From the IMG/VR virus record IMGVR_UViG_3300034061_001472, positions 1,127 to 65,126 of that record: a DNA stretch of 64,000 nucleotides; one strand, given 5' to 3'. A program made the translations under genes and the position numbers. The notes below the pieces were generated by a model that saw only the letters and a program-made list of their open reading frames with translations, made no database searches and was not told the DNA's origin. Source of the DNA: a virus. Lineage: Duplodnaviria > Caudoviricetes. Below, piece after piece: positions 38,976 to 48,900 of this stretch (position 1 is its first letter; every line of letters starts with the position of its first letter).

Positions 38976-39314
38976 CTAGGAGATTTCTGGCTGCACTAAA
39001 GGGCGATCGGTGTACTCCTCGATTAGCCAGCCTATAATTTCAGCTAAGGCGTCTACAGTTACGATTTTTTCCTTGTGAACAAGAAGAGCCTGAAAGCGTT
39101 CGTAGCTCTCATCAACTAAAGCCTGTGAAAAGAACTTCTCGATCATTTCGGCGTTTTTTGCTGGATCTTCTGAGCCTGAGTCTTTAACCATGTCAAGCAT
39201 GATCTTTCCTTGAACGGCTTTTACACAGTGAAATTCTTCGTCGTGAAGTTTGAATGATAAAGGGGCAGCGTCAGCAGCTCCGCCTGAACCAAAGTCCTTG
39301 TATCTAGTACTCAT
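38976..39314 (-). CDS. Tail assembly chaperone (gpG-like)
   Basis: GGAGG RBS; ends WLIEEYTDRP; lies upstream of the TMP gene. Confidence 0.85.
   Translation of the reverse strand: MSTRYKDFGSGGAADAAPLSFKLHDEEFHCVKAVQGKIMLDMVKDSGSEDPAKNAEMIEKFFSQALVDESYERFQALLVHKEKIVTVDALAEIIGWLIEEYTDRPLVQPEIS
38997..39003 (-). other. Programmed -1 ribosomal frameshift site C CCT TTA
   Basis: X XXY YYZ heptamer in the correct frame; -1 frame joins the downstream ORF. Confidence 0.8.
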
Positions 39315-39393
39315 CTTTCTTTCCTCCGTATTATGTTATTGTCTTTAATAAGACTTTTGTCTTATTTTTGATTATTTTACACTAAATACCAAG

Positions 39394-39783
39394 CTATGAT
39401 CTGAATATATGCAGGTTATCAGCAAGGTACTTATTTGGTTTTGTTCCAGGATGTCTCACAGATCGTGCGTATATGATTCGAGTCCCAGACGTAAATCTAA
39501 GCGCTCCGGCATTTTTAGCCATGATTACGTGAGGCTTAGTCCCTTCGTGATGCGCAAGTGCATAGCTCAACGTTGAGCCAATACGCAATTCTTGCCAGCG
39601 TGCGCCCCGCGAGTGACGCATGTGAATAGATCCAGCAAGGAACCCAGTTCTTTTTCCCACTTGAGCTCTTGCGGCCGCAACGAACTTCGCCCCCTGCGCA
39701 GAAAGCCAGCGGCCAACTTCTCCAGTTGGGCTATTGAGCATATTGTCAATCGCAGGCTTGTTCCAAATTACCTTTACGACCAT
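39394..39783 (-). CDS. Tail completion/HK97 gp10-like protein
   Basis: RTG.L..SI...YA..HHEGT.PH.I...V.HPGTKPN.YL. Confidence 0.8.
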   Translation of the reverse strand: MVVKVIWNKPAIDNMLNSPTGEVGRWLSAQGAKFVAAARAQVGKRTGFLAGSIHMRHSRGARWQELRIGSTLSYALAHHEGTKPHVIMAKNAGALRFTSGTRIIYARSVRHPGTKPNKYLADNLHIFRS

Positions 39784-39784
39784 C

Positions 39785-40288
39785 TTAAGGTATCGCCATC
39801 GTTACTTGCATGGTTGTAGTTTGGAATCCGCCTTCAGCGCCGCTAACGTCAGCTGTAGCTATAACACCAAGACCAAATTCGCCTGGTTCCCACTGATCAA
39901 GTCTATTTAGAAGTCGCATGAACACCCACGCATCGACCGCGGCGATCTCAGAGCCTTCTTGTATTTTTTCTCCTGTTGGAGGGCGGCCATTTACGCCAAC
40001 AACAGGCACCTCGCGAGAGATCCCAATAGACAGCACCGCGCTGCGTGGGCTAGTTGTGCGCAAAGGCTGCCCTGCCTGGTCGCCTGGAGTTCCTAGATAT
40101 ATTTGAATAAAAGAAACAACAACTTGCTCGCAGTCAATAGGCGCAGTTCCTACCGTCCAGTAGCGACGCGCAGGCATAGGCACGTTGTACTCTTCAAAAA
40201 CTTCAATTGTCTTTGAAAGAACTCCGTCAAGCAAATATTTTAAGCTAAGCGCGTCTTCATCAACGCCGGATATACTAGTGATAGGCAT
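39785..40288 (-). CDS. Head-tail connector/tail terminator-like structural protein
   Basis: Position between adaptor and gp10-like gene; P.DC.Q..V, GAEGG motifs. Confidence 0.6.
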   Translation of the reverse strand: MPITSISGVDEDALSLKYLLDGVLSKTIEVFEEYNVPMPARRYWTVGTAPIDCEQVVVSFIQIYLGTPGDQAGQPLRTTSPRSAVLSIGISREVPVVGVNGRPPTGEKIQEGSEIAAVDAWVFMRLLNRLDQWEPGEFGLGVIATADVSGAEGGFQTTTMQVTMAIP

Positions 40289-40291
40289 ACG

Positions 40292-41659
40292 CTACTCACC
40301 TAGCGAGTACGTGCGTGTAGGCGCTGTCCCAAGACGTAGAACTAAGTTACCTGAGGCAATATAGACTGTTTCTGTTCCGCGTGTAGCGTATAGGTCCCAG
40401 GTACCAGGATCTAAGAAACCTGCGTAGGCATATGCGTCCTTATAGGAAACTGTAAGCGTTAAGGTATCGCGCGACTCGTTGGTTACAACAGCCGTTCCGG
40501 TGTCAGCTCCGTATGGGACGTTGGCTGCAACCTGAGCGTATCTAAACTGTGTGCTAGTTGGCACGTCTGAGATGTAGTGAGCGCCGTTAAACGTGGCGTT
40601 TATACCAGAGATAGTGACTAAGTCTCCTTCAGAGAAACCGTGCGCGGTAGAAGTAGTTATAGTTGCAACATCATCTACAAGCTGCTTGTGCGAGACGCTT
40701 TTAGTGATATCTGTAAGTATAGAGTTAACAGATACCGCGCCTGACCCAATTTCTTTGCTCTTGCTGCCAGAATAGTTAGATATTTTAAGTGAAGGTATCC
40801 ATGTTGGGTCAAGGACTAAGAAACTGGCATTGATATACTCGATGTTTACATCGACTGTTCCGCCACTGCTGTCTGTTATAAACATATCAAGAACAGTTGC
40901 AGGTAGCGCGTATGGTTTTGCTACATGGCGTCGAGCACGTGGAAGGTCTGGTGAAAATACCTTTGCCTTGGTGCGAGCCTTATCTGGGTTAGAGGACTTT
41001 AAGAATAGGTCTACGATGTACAGGCCTGTTCGCATATCGTCAATAAAATCTTGATTATCAAGTATTGTGTAAGAAACTCCTTGACGAGCTACCGAGGTAA
41101 TACGTGAAGGTAGCGCGCAATCGTCGGAGCCACTCCACAGCTTAATAAACTCTGTAGCAAGAATTCGAGCGGCCGCCACTCCTGTTGCAGGCGGCATAGA
41201 ACCGTAGCTATATGTTACTTCAATATTGCAAGGTGCCCACGCAACTCCGGCGCGTGCTTGGACCGTAGAGTGGTCAACTAGGTAGTAATTAGACGGATCA
41301 ATTATGTTGCCAGCTCTATCACGAATCGCGTCAATCTTAACTACAGGGCCTCCGCGTAGGCGTAAACGTGTAGAAGGTGACATACCGTCTGTAGTCAACT
41401 CCGCGTAGTCATCAAATTCATCAAGAGGAATGTTGTATAAGTCTCCACCAACAAGTTCTGGAGAGTAGTTGCGTGAAGACGCACCAAGCCGGTATGCGCG
41501 AGACGCACAGACGTACTTTTCTGTTACAGTGGTGATCCCACCATACTTGCGGCCTGACATAGACCAAAGCAGTTGTGAGGCAACCTTAACTGCCTCGTAC
41601 GCGTATTCACTATCTGCGTAGTTGTCAAGCTCTTCTACAGAAATCCAAAGATTTGACAC
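40292..41659 (-). CDS. Head-to-tail adaptor with C-terminal extension containing a beta module
   Basis: AS..LW.MSGRKYG, VTY.YG..PP, C.LP.R.TSV.RQGVS, TGL..VD.F....NP. Confidence 0.75.
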   Translation of the reverse strand: MSNLWISVEELDNYADSEYAYEAVKVASQLLWSMSGRKYGGITTVTEKYVCASRAYRLGASSRNYSPELVGGDLYNIPLDEFDDYAELTTDGMSPSTRLRLRGGPVVKIDAIRDRAGNIIDPSNYYLVDHSTVQARAGVAWAPCNIEVTYSYGSMPPATGVAAARILATEFIKLWSGSDDCALPSRITSVARQGVSYTILDNQDFIDDMRTGLYIVDLFLKSSNPDKARTKAKVFSPDLPRARRHVAKPYALPATVLDMFITDSSGGTVDVNIEYINASFLVLDPTWIPSLKISNYSGSKSKEIGSGAVSVNSILTDITKSVSHKQLVDDVATITTSTAHGFSEGDLVTISGINATFNGAHYISDVPTSTQFRYAQVAANVPYGADTGTAVVTNESRDTLTLTVSYKDAYAYAGFLDPGTWDLYATRGTETVYIASGNLVLRLGTAPTRTYSLGE

Positions 41660-41703
41660 TTAACCGTCCTGTCTAGTCGTCGTTGGTACCTGGTGTAATA
41701 AAG

Positions 41704-41747
41704 GAGCGGCATGCCTGTGTTTATTTTTACACATTGGCATGCCGCTC
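41704..41747 (-). terminator. Stem-loop after the major tail gene (terminator or mRNA-stabilising)
   Basis: GAGCGGCATGCC...GGCATGCCGCTC 12-bp perfect arms plus an inner TGTGT/ACACA stem; only a short U-tract. Confidence 0.65.
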
Positions 41748-41758
41748 ACTTCTTTATA

Positions 41759-42805
41759 TTAAGAGGTTGGATCCTCTGTAGATGCAATAATGAAGTCAAT
41801 ATCATTGTCTTCGTTAAAGTCTTGAGATCCAGGAACGTTGTACGTTGTAGTTGAGCCTTCAGACAAGAAGTCTGTAACCGTACGTGAGTTTGCACCAACT
41901 ACCGCTGTACCTGCGTCTGCAGTAGACGCGATAGAACCAGTAGTAGAAGTGGTGTAAGTGAATGTTGTTGATGTTGGCACCGCTGTAATGGTATATGTAC
42001 CATTAAGAGCAGAGTTAGTTAGACCTGCAACTACAACTGAATCACCGGCAGCAAATGTATGAGCTACTGATGTAGTAACTGTGGCAGTCGTGCTCGTGCG
42101 AGCAACGTTTGAAACAGTCTTAGCGATCTCACCGTGCCATGTGTAGAAGCCTTTGCGGCCTGTAGGAGCCCAAGAAGAACGCGCGTATGTGTACGGGCGC
42201 TCTGTTGCAATTGGGAACTCCCAGCGCTCATCTTGACCTGTACCGAAGTTTACGTTACCAAGACCGTAGCCTTGGAAGGTGTTTGCAAGCAAACCGTTTT
42301 CAATAACGCGATCACCTGAAAGACGAAGCTTGCAGTATGGGAATACCCAGTGGAAGTAAGGAAGCGTTGAAGCCTTCTTGCCGTCGATGATAGCGTGAGA
42401 CCATGTCTCGATTGCAACACCATAGCCGGCAGGGTCATCGCCAGTTGAAGGAGAAGACCAACCGATTGACTTGCGATCTGGTGCTGCGAATGTTCCAAGG
42501 TTCTTACGAAGCAAAAGACCACCAGACATCATCTGTGTTAGCTCTGGGTCTGGCTCTGCAATCGCAAGCTCCATAGAAATACGCTTTAAAGTATCTGGTG
42601 CTTTGTATGTGACGTGGACAGTACCGTCCGCGCCTTTTTCTGTAATTTCGTCGCCTTCTTCGTACTCAGGCGTAAACGACAAGCGCATGAAGCCTGAAGT
42701 TGTGTAGCTGTCGCCTTCTGTATTCAGGAGATTACCAGATGCGTCAAGACGAGTTACTCGAATTGACACACCTTGAATACTCGCGGCGTATTCTTGAGTT
42801 GCCAT
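41759..42805 (-). CDS. Major tail tube protein with C-terminal beta module
   Basis: AAGGAG RBS; IRVTRLD..G, EYEEG.EI..K.A.G, DPE...M.SG, A.E.W, Y..WV.P. Confidence 0.85.
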   Translation of the reverse strand: MATQEYAASIQGVSIRVTRLDASGNLLNTEGDSYTTSGFMRLSFTPEYEEGDEITEKGADGTVHVTYKAPDTLKRISMELAIAEPDPELTQMMSGGLLLRKNLGTFAAPDRKSIGWSSPSTGDDPAGYGVAIETWSHAIIDGKKASTLPYFHWVFPYCKLRLSGDRVIENGLLANTFQGYGLGNVNFGTGQDERWEFPIATERPYTYARSSWAPTGRKGFYTWHGEIAKTVSNVARTSTTATVTTSVAHTFAAGDSVVVAGLTNSALNGTYTITAVPTSTTFTYTTSTTGSIASTADAGTAVVGANSRTVTDFLSEGSTTTYNVPGSQDFNEDNDIDFIIASTEDPTS

Positions 42806-42854
42806 TGTTTATGTTTCTCCTTATTATTTAGAAGCGGCTGCTAATACGTATATT

Positions 42855-43733
42855 TTACGCGGTTAAGTCAACTCTGACTGCTGCGTGTACAGATGAGTCA
42901 AAGTACACTGCCGCTGGGCGAATTGCCTTAAGAAGCATGTTGTTCGCGTTGCCTGATACGTCGTAGCCCTGTGCTAGACTGTCATTAACAACGTCAATAT
43001 CGCCAAGAATGACTCTGACGTCACCTGTAGCGTACATCCATTTATTTGTTGCTGTGGGTGTCTCTGTATCTCCAGCAGCGTCGGTTGGGCCTGCTCCAGA
43101 GTAGCCAGAACCGATTACTACAGGAGTTCCACCAACAGTTCTAAGGAAGGTATCGCCGCTGTCGGCTGAAGGATAAATTAAGTTCGAGCTTGCAACCAGT
43201 GCGGCAACATCGCGGGTCATGTGAATGACTCCCTGGATACCGCATGCTGAGGCTTCTCCAATTGACTGCTCAAGTAGCGCGAGCGCGCGACGAGCGGATA
43301 ATGCTGTGCCTGAATTAAGTATAGTAGCGGCAGGGTCTACTAGTGCTCGATTTGCATGTGTAGATGCAATGCGAACTGCACCGTCCCACAGCTCTGTTTC
43401 AAGAGCTTTCTGAGTAATACACTCTATCTGACGCTTAAGTCTTGCAATATGGTCTACACCAAGTAGACCTAGTGTTGAGCGATAGTCTTCAACCTCGACA
43501 AAAAATGGTTTAACTTCTAGATAACGAACAGGTGTTGCATTACTTGCTAGTGTATACGAGTTTGTGTCTGTGTCATCCCAGTTCTTAGCAGAGTATACTC
43601 CGCTGTCCCAGTACTGAGAGAAGCCACGTACCCACTGGTCTTCGTCTAGATTAGTGACAGGTTTAACACAGCCAAGTAGACCAAAGCCAGCGCTCACAAC
43701 TTCAGGTGCTTCAAAAACTCCTGTAAAGGCCAT
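42855..43733 (-). CDS. Second capsid protein (major capsid pentamer-like, cluster-B-type actinophages)
   Basis: 292 aa directly after the large capsid gene; FGLL, PF.V, LE..LW.G, A...LE, LRT..GTPV..G.GY, W.YATG.V. Confidence 0.65.
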   Translation of the reverse strand: MAFTGVFEAPEVVSAGFGLLGCVKPVTNLDEDQWVRGFSQYWDSGVYSAKNWDDTDTNSYTLASNATPVRYLEVKPFFVEVEDYRSTLGLLGVDHIARLKRQIECITQKALETELWDGAVRIASTHANRALVDPAATILNSGTALSARRALALLEQSIGEASACGIQGVIHMTRDVAALVASSNLIYPSADSGDTFLRTVGGTPVVIGSGYSGAGPTDAAGDTETPTATNKWMYATGDVRVILGDIDVVNDSLAQGYDVSGNANNMLLKAIRPAAVYFDSSVHAAVRVDLTA

Positions 43734-43787
43734 ATTTAATCTACTTCCTAACTTAAAGTTTGTTTTTACGTTTACTTACTTCGTATC

Positions 43788-43813
43788 GGGAGCGCCCATT
43801 GCTGAGCGCTCCC
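43788..43813 (-). other. GCAA-tetraloop hairpin directly after the major capsid gene
   Basis: - strand GGGAGCGCTCA-GCAA-TGGGCGCTCCC; no U-tract. Confidence 0.65.
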
Positions 43814-43831
43814 TCCACGACTTATCGAATT

Positions 43832-45850
43832 TTAGTATTCGACTGTTGCTGCTGTTGCGCCACCAAGTAGGTCGCGTAGAGCAGATGCTGTACCGTTTAC
43901 ATTGATTGTTGATGTCACCTTAAGTGATTCAATACCAACCTTGGCAACATTTTCGAAGGTTTCAACGAACATCTTGTAGTCGTTTGTACCAACGAGAGTA
44001 GAGTCACGGATAATTCCGAGATCCATTGTGCCACCGTCTAGGAACAAGAATGTTCCTTCAGCGAACATGTACCAGATGAATGTATCTGGGAACTCGTTCA
44101 TTGCACCTGCGTCTTGTGCAGCAAATGCTGCTGTTCCGCCAGCGATATCAAGAGCGTAAGTTACGTTGATACCGCGTGATGCGATGTAGCCTTCGATCTC
44201 TGCATATGCATTGAGAGTTGAATCTCCAGGCATTGATAGAGTTAGGTCGGCAGCCATTGCGTCCTTGATCCACGCTGGCATGATAACGCGAAGTGGCGCA
44301 TCTGCTTCTAGGCGGTGACGTGAACGGTAAGCTGTTGCAGCGCGGCCAAGCTGGACTAGGAAGTCACGAGCAAGACCAACAACAGATGTCGATGTAACAG
44401 CTGTTGATGCTGTGCCGATCTTTGTTAGAAGGTTGCCTTCAGCTTCACGTGCGTGCTGGATTAGACCAAGCTCGTTGTGACGAGCGATCAATTCAGGATA
44501 TGCACGAGTTAGAAGGTTACCAAACTGTAGCTGTAGTGTTACAGCGTCAGTTGAGACTGTTGTCTCAGATGCTGCTGCTACAGTCAAGCTTAGCTTAGCT
44601 GATGGTGATGGTGTTTCTGCTGAATCGTTTGCAGCAGTCCAGATGCCTACAGCGCTTGCGTAGTCAGATAGGATTGGTGGAACGATGTAACGAATACCGC
44701 CACGATCTGCTTGGAAGCGAGGTAGTGAATCGCGGACTGGGCGTACTCCTGTGCCAAGACCGAAGATGTCATACTTAACTTCGAATGGAGCCTGGTGTCC
44801 GCCAGATGCAACAAGTGCTTCTGGACCGGTTACAGCCTGGATCTTGTTCCAGTTAGATTCTGCATCTGTTGTCAGAGTGCGCTCTTCTGGGAACTTAGTG
44901 GTGACAGAAGCAACGATGTGTTGTTCTCCATCTCCACCATTTACACGACGAAGTGTATGAATGCGCTTTGCCATTGCTTCTGCAACGCCATTCATGTCGT
45001 CGATTGTGCTACCGGCTGTGTAACCAGGGATGTCAGCGCCAGCAGTGATTGCCACTGTAGCATCTGCAGCCTGAGTTACTGGGCGACGGTCAGCTGGAGC
45101 TTCAAAAGCTCCGTCTTGAGTTGCGGCGGCGGTCACTGGTGCCTCCTGATCTTTCTGCGCTTCTGGCGCATCTGTTGGGGTTGGTTCTGTTGCAATTTCT
45201 TCTTCTGCAACTTCAGCGGATGCGACGACTGTCTCAACTGCTTCTGTTACAGGTACTTCTTCAACTACTTCTTCAACAGAAAGTTCAGCTGCAGGTTCTG
45301 CAACTACTTCTGCTGTCACTTCTGTTACTGCTTCTGCAGTATCGTTTGAAAGCTCAGATGCTTCTTCAACTGTGTTTGACGCTTCTGTCATAGGGTTTGC
45401 CTTTTCCTTTTTCTTGTCTTCGTCTTCTTCAGCAGGAGTTTCCTCTGCTTCAGGAGCCATTGGTTCTTCTTCAACTGGTGCCATATCGGCAGCAGCTTCG
45501 GTTTCTTTCTTAGGATCAGCTTCTTCAGCAATAGGCTCTTCAACGATCTCTATTACTTCCTCAGCTGGGGCTTCACCTTCTTCAGGCATTGCAACATCCT
45601 CGCCTTTAACGCGCATAGTGGCTTCTGCAGCACGAGCGGTTAGCTCCTGTGCGTTTGCCTCGCGTTGCTTGATTTCACCGCGAACGGTGTCAAGCATATC
45701 GGCTAGGGATGTCATGGCGTCTACTGTTTGTGGAGTAGGATCTTCCTTTTCAACCGTCTCGAACTCGCTTACGATGACGCTTTGTAACTCGACGACTTGT
45801 TCGTCGCTAAGCTCGCTAAGCGTATCTAGCATTCCTTTAATACGGTCCAC
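43832..45850 (-). CDS. Major capsid (hexamer-like) protein with long acidic N-terminal scaffold region
   Basis: AAGGAGG RBS; coiled-coil and acidic N-third; ALVASGG..AP....YD, RP..D.LP.F.A.RGG, GN....AYPE, LDLG..RDS.L...NDY..F.E. Confidence 0.85.
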   Translation of the reverse strand: MDRIKGMLDTLSELSDEQVVELQSVIVSEFETVEKEDPTPQTVDAMTSLADMLDTVRGEIKQREANAQELTARAAEATMRVKGEDVAMPEEGEAPAEEVIEIVEEPIAEEADPKKETEAAADMAPVEEEPMAPEAEETPAEEDEDKKKEKANPMTEASNTVEEASELSNDTAEAVTEVTAEVVAEPAAELSVEEVVEEVPVTEAVETVVASAEVAEEEIATEPTPTDAPEAQKDQEAPVTAAATQDGAFEAPADRRPVTQAADATVAITAGADIPGYTAGSTIDDMNGVAEAMAKRIHTLRRVNGGDGEQHIVASVTTKFPEERTLTTDAESNWNKIQAVTGPEALVASGGHQAPFEVKYDIFGLGTGVRPVRDSLPRFQADRGGIRYIVPPILSDYASAVGIWTAANDSAETPSPSAKLSLTVAAASETTVSTDAVTLQLQFGNLLTRAYPELIARHNELGLIQHAREAEGNLLTKIGTASTAVTSTSVVGLARDFLVQLGRAATAYRSRHRLEADAPLRVIMPAWIKDAMAADLTLSMPGDSTLNAYAEIEGYIASRGINVTYALDIAGGTAAFAAQDAGAMNEFPDTFIWYMFAEGTFLFLDGGTMDLGIIRDSTLVGTNDYKMFVETFENVAKVGIESLKVTSTINVNGTASALRDLLGGATAATVEY

Positions 45851-45853
45851 TCT

Positions 45854-45950
45854 GTCCCTCCTTCGGGCCAGTCATGATGAACAAGATTAGTTAGTTCATC
45901 TCGCTTATCAGTCCAAGGCCGAGGGACTCTTGACGCTATTTGCGTAGAGG
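45854..45950 (-). promoter_or_regulatory. Structured 5' leader of the major capsid gene with potential RBS sequestration
   Basis: GTCCCTC(45854-60)/GAGGGAC(45921-27), GGCC/GGCC, GATGAAC/GTTCATC and CTCT-ACGC/GCGT-AGAG stems. Confidence 0.45.
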
Positions 45951-45993
45951 CACTCCACCTGAATTGAATAATACATTATTTTTACTATTATTA

Positions 45994-48900
45994 TTAAGTT
46001 AATAGTCGAAGAAGTTTACTTAACTCAGAAGAAATCTCTTGTTGAGTATAGTAGTCTCCCCCGGACATAAACGACCTTAAACCGCTGGTCGCTTCTTGAG
46101 CGTCCTTCTTACCTATCTTATCTTCTACCCTAGAAAGCATATCATCTAGAAGTGACTTTAAAGCTGGAGGTAGATCACTGTAGCGTACCTTCTCCGTATC
46201 GCTCCCAAAATCAAAAGGAAGGTTGGCAATTACCTTGCCAAGCTCTCTTGATGAAGAGCGAATATTCTCTAGCGCGTCTTTGTTGAGAGATCCCGCATCA
46301 AGTCTATCAATAATCGAAATAAGTTCCGTTCCCGCCTTAGCAGCTCCCACATAGTCTCCAGTGTTGTCAAAGCCTTCTGCTTCCTGTAGTTTATCCATTA
46401 CTCCTTGAGAACCAGACGTGCCTAAATTAGTCTTGATGCGCGCTAAAACATCGCGGAATTTGCCTTTTTCATCGCGCGGTTGATTCCCAGGGGTATAAAT
46501 ACCCTTGTTTTCTGAATCAACCGCTAATGCTTTTCCCAAGTCACCGTCAACTTTGGTTGAAAATTCAGTAAGTCGTACACGAAGATCATTTAAGTCTTCC
46601 TCGGCAATGTCGCTAGACATACTCTTCCAGTTTTCTGGGATTAAGTCTGAGCTATCTAGTCGGCGTGCCATCTTCATAATGTGGCGACGAACAGCAGCTC
46701 GCTTGCCTGGCTTTGAGCGGCCGTACGCTTGGATTGAATCCTTTAGGGAGTCAAGGTTTGTGATTGGGTAAGAACCGTCTGGAAGAGCCTTACCTTCCTT
46801 GGCTAGCTTCTGGCGTTTCTCACGAGAGATGTATCCGAACTGGTCGTCGTAGCGAGGTTCGCCATGAATGCGCTCGTACGCGGCGTCAGCCTGCGCTGAA
46901 AGTTGTGCAGCCTTTTCCTCGCGTACTTCTTCAAAGCGAGACTTTGCTGCATTAGCTTTTACTGAAAGTTGGTCGTATTCTAACTGCTCAAGTTTGTCAA
47001 TACGAGCGTTCAATTCTGCAACAGGATCTGACTTCATGCGTGCAAGTACCTGGGCACCTGCCGCAACTAATGCCATAACCGCGCCTGAGGCTACACGAGC
47101 CCGTGCGATAGGGAACCCTGGAACGTTTACCTGACATACAGCTACTAGCTCAAGATTTCCCTTGATTGGACGCCAGTCGCCAGACGGCGCAGATGCGCGA
47201 AGGGCACGAACTTGCTCTGGTGACGCGCCTGGGCGTAGCGCACCAGATACCCAGATACCAAATGCATCTTCACCTGCGTGTACGTCTGCGATAGCAGACG
47301 CTGTATCATCGTAGTGACGAGCTGCTGCAAAGGCGTCTGCATCTAGTGATGCGTGGCCTCCAGCTAATGTTAATTGACCGACAGGGACGTCTGTTCCGTC
47401 GTCAGAACGGATAACACCCGTGTGGAAGTACGCGTACTTGCTCTTAGAGCGAGGTGGGCGTGTTCCAAAGGACATTCCGATGTGATCTACATGCCATGCT
47501 GCGATATGGCCAAACACTCGACCTTCATCATCCACAGTTAAAGGCGTTGCCTTTCGTAACTCTGGATTATTGAACCATTCGCGAGGAGGCGTGACTGGTA
47601 TAGAACCAGCAACAAGTCCGCACGCAACTAGCGCAGAAGCTTCTACGGGATCCATATCGTCCGCGTATACTCCGTCTTCAACCACTACATCCTCCTTATT
47701 ATTACTCTCGTCTGTGACGAGGTAGATCTGGCACTCTTGGAAAGCCGGTTTAGGGACAAGCGTGACTGCCATCACTCGCGCATGAGTAATCATGAGCTTT
47801 TCTTTTCCTATTTTACCAGCATCTTCTTCTGGGTCATTCCCTGCAAGTTCAGGTTCAACCTGGTTTGCTTCAAACTGATCTAGGTCCGCAGAAATTCCAC
47901 GGATAAAACCTTCACGCACTAAGCGCTCGGCTTCTCTGCCGTAGGCGCCTGAGTCAAATACTCCGCGGGCATTACCGATACCACCAGGGATACGCTCCAT
48001 ATGGTCAATACGTCCTACTACAACTGAGCCGTTATGACCTTCGTCAGACTTAATCTGCCACATTAAGGGCAGAGGCAAATCTCTAATTTCTATTGCGTCT
48101 TTCTTAAAGCTACGGCCATCGCCGGATTCTGCAGTCTCGGGTAGAACAAGAGGGATACGGAACAGTGCTCCAGCAGGCTCGGTCTCTACCGAGGCAGTTA
48201 ACACTCTATTGCGAGCGTCGTTTGCCTTGGCTGAAAGTACTGAAGCCTCCATAACTTTTTCGTATGGAAGTAGTTCATCCACTGAGAATTCTCCTTTTTT
48301 CATTCCTGGATTTCTTTTATCTCCAGGCCACATGCCGGTCATTTCCTTATGACGCAACGAGCAATAGCCCTTCGCGCGTGGACCCATGTACTTCTTTAGG
48401 TTGCGGTAGCAACGTGTCCAGTCACCAGGAGAGTTCCAGCGAATTTTTAGTCCGCCTTTGCCAACCGTCCAATAACGGCGTAGACCTTCAGCGTTTCCAC
48501 GATTGCGATCTGCGCCACCTGCTGCGGTCATGACCATAACGTTTCCGTTAGGTCCCCAAAGAACTGTAAGAAGCTCTGCGTCAATAGTTAGTGATGCAAT
48601 AACCGGGATTGTTCCATCAACCTGTTGAATTACTGATTTTAATGATTCTCCGTCTAGAGGAACTACAGGAGGAGGAGTTGGTGAGTTTAGATCGTTTAGT
48701 ATCGCCTCGTTGCGTGTCCACTTGCCGTCTACGCGCGAGTACGTCATCGGTGCGTTTGAAGTAGAACTTGCAGGGACTAACGCAACTAAGTCAAGAACTG
48801 CCGCGACGTCATCTGAAGAGACAATAGCAAAGAACAAAGGCTGAACGTCGCTTGTGCCAGGGGTAACCTCTTTAGACTCACCAGGTTTAACGTTAGGCTT

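Noticed and set aside
44795-45890. Long + strand ORFs (Cys/Phe- or Ser-rich)
   Set aside because: Antisense to the Glu/Ala-rich scaffold region of the capsid gene.
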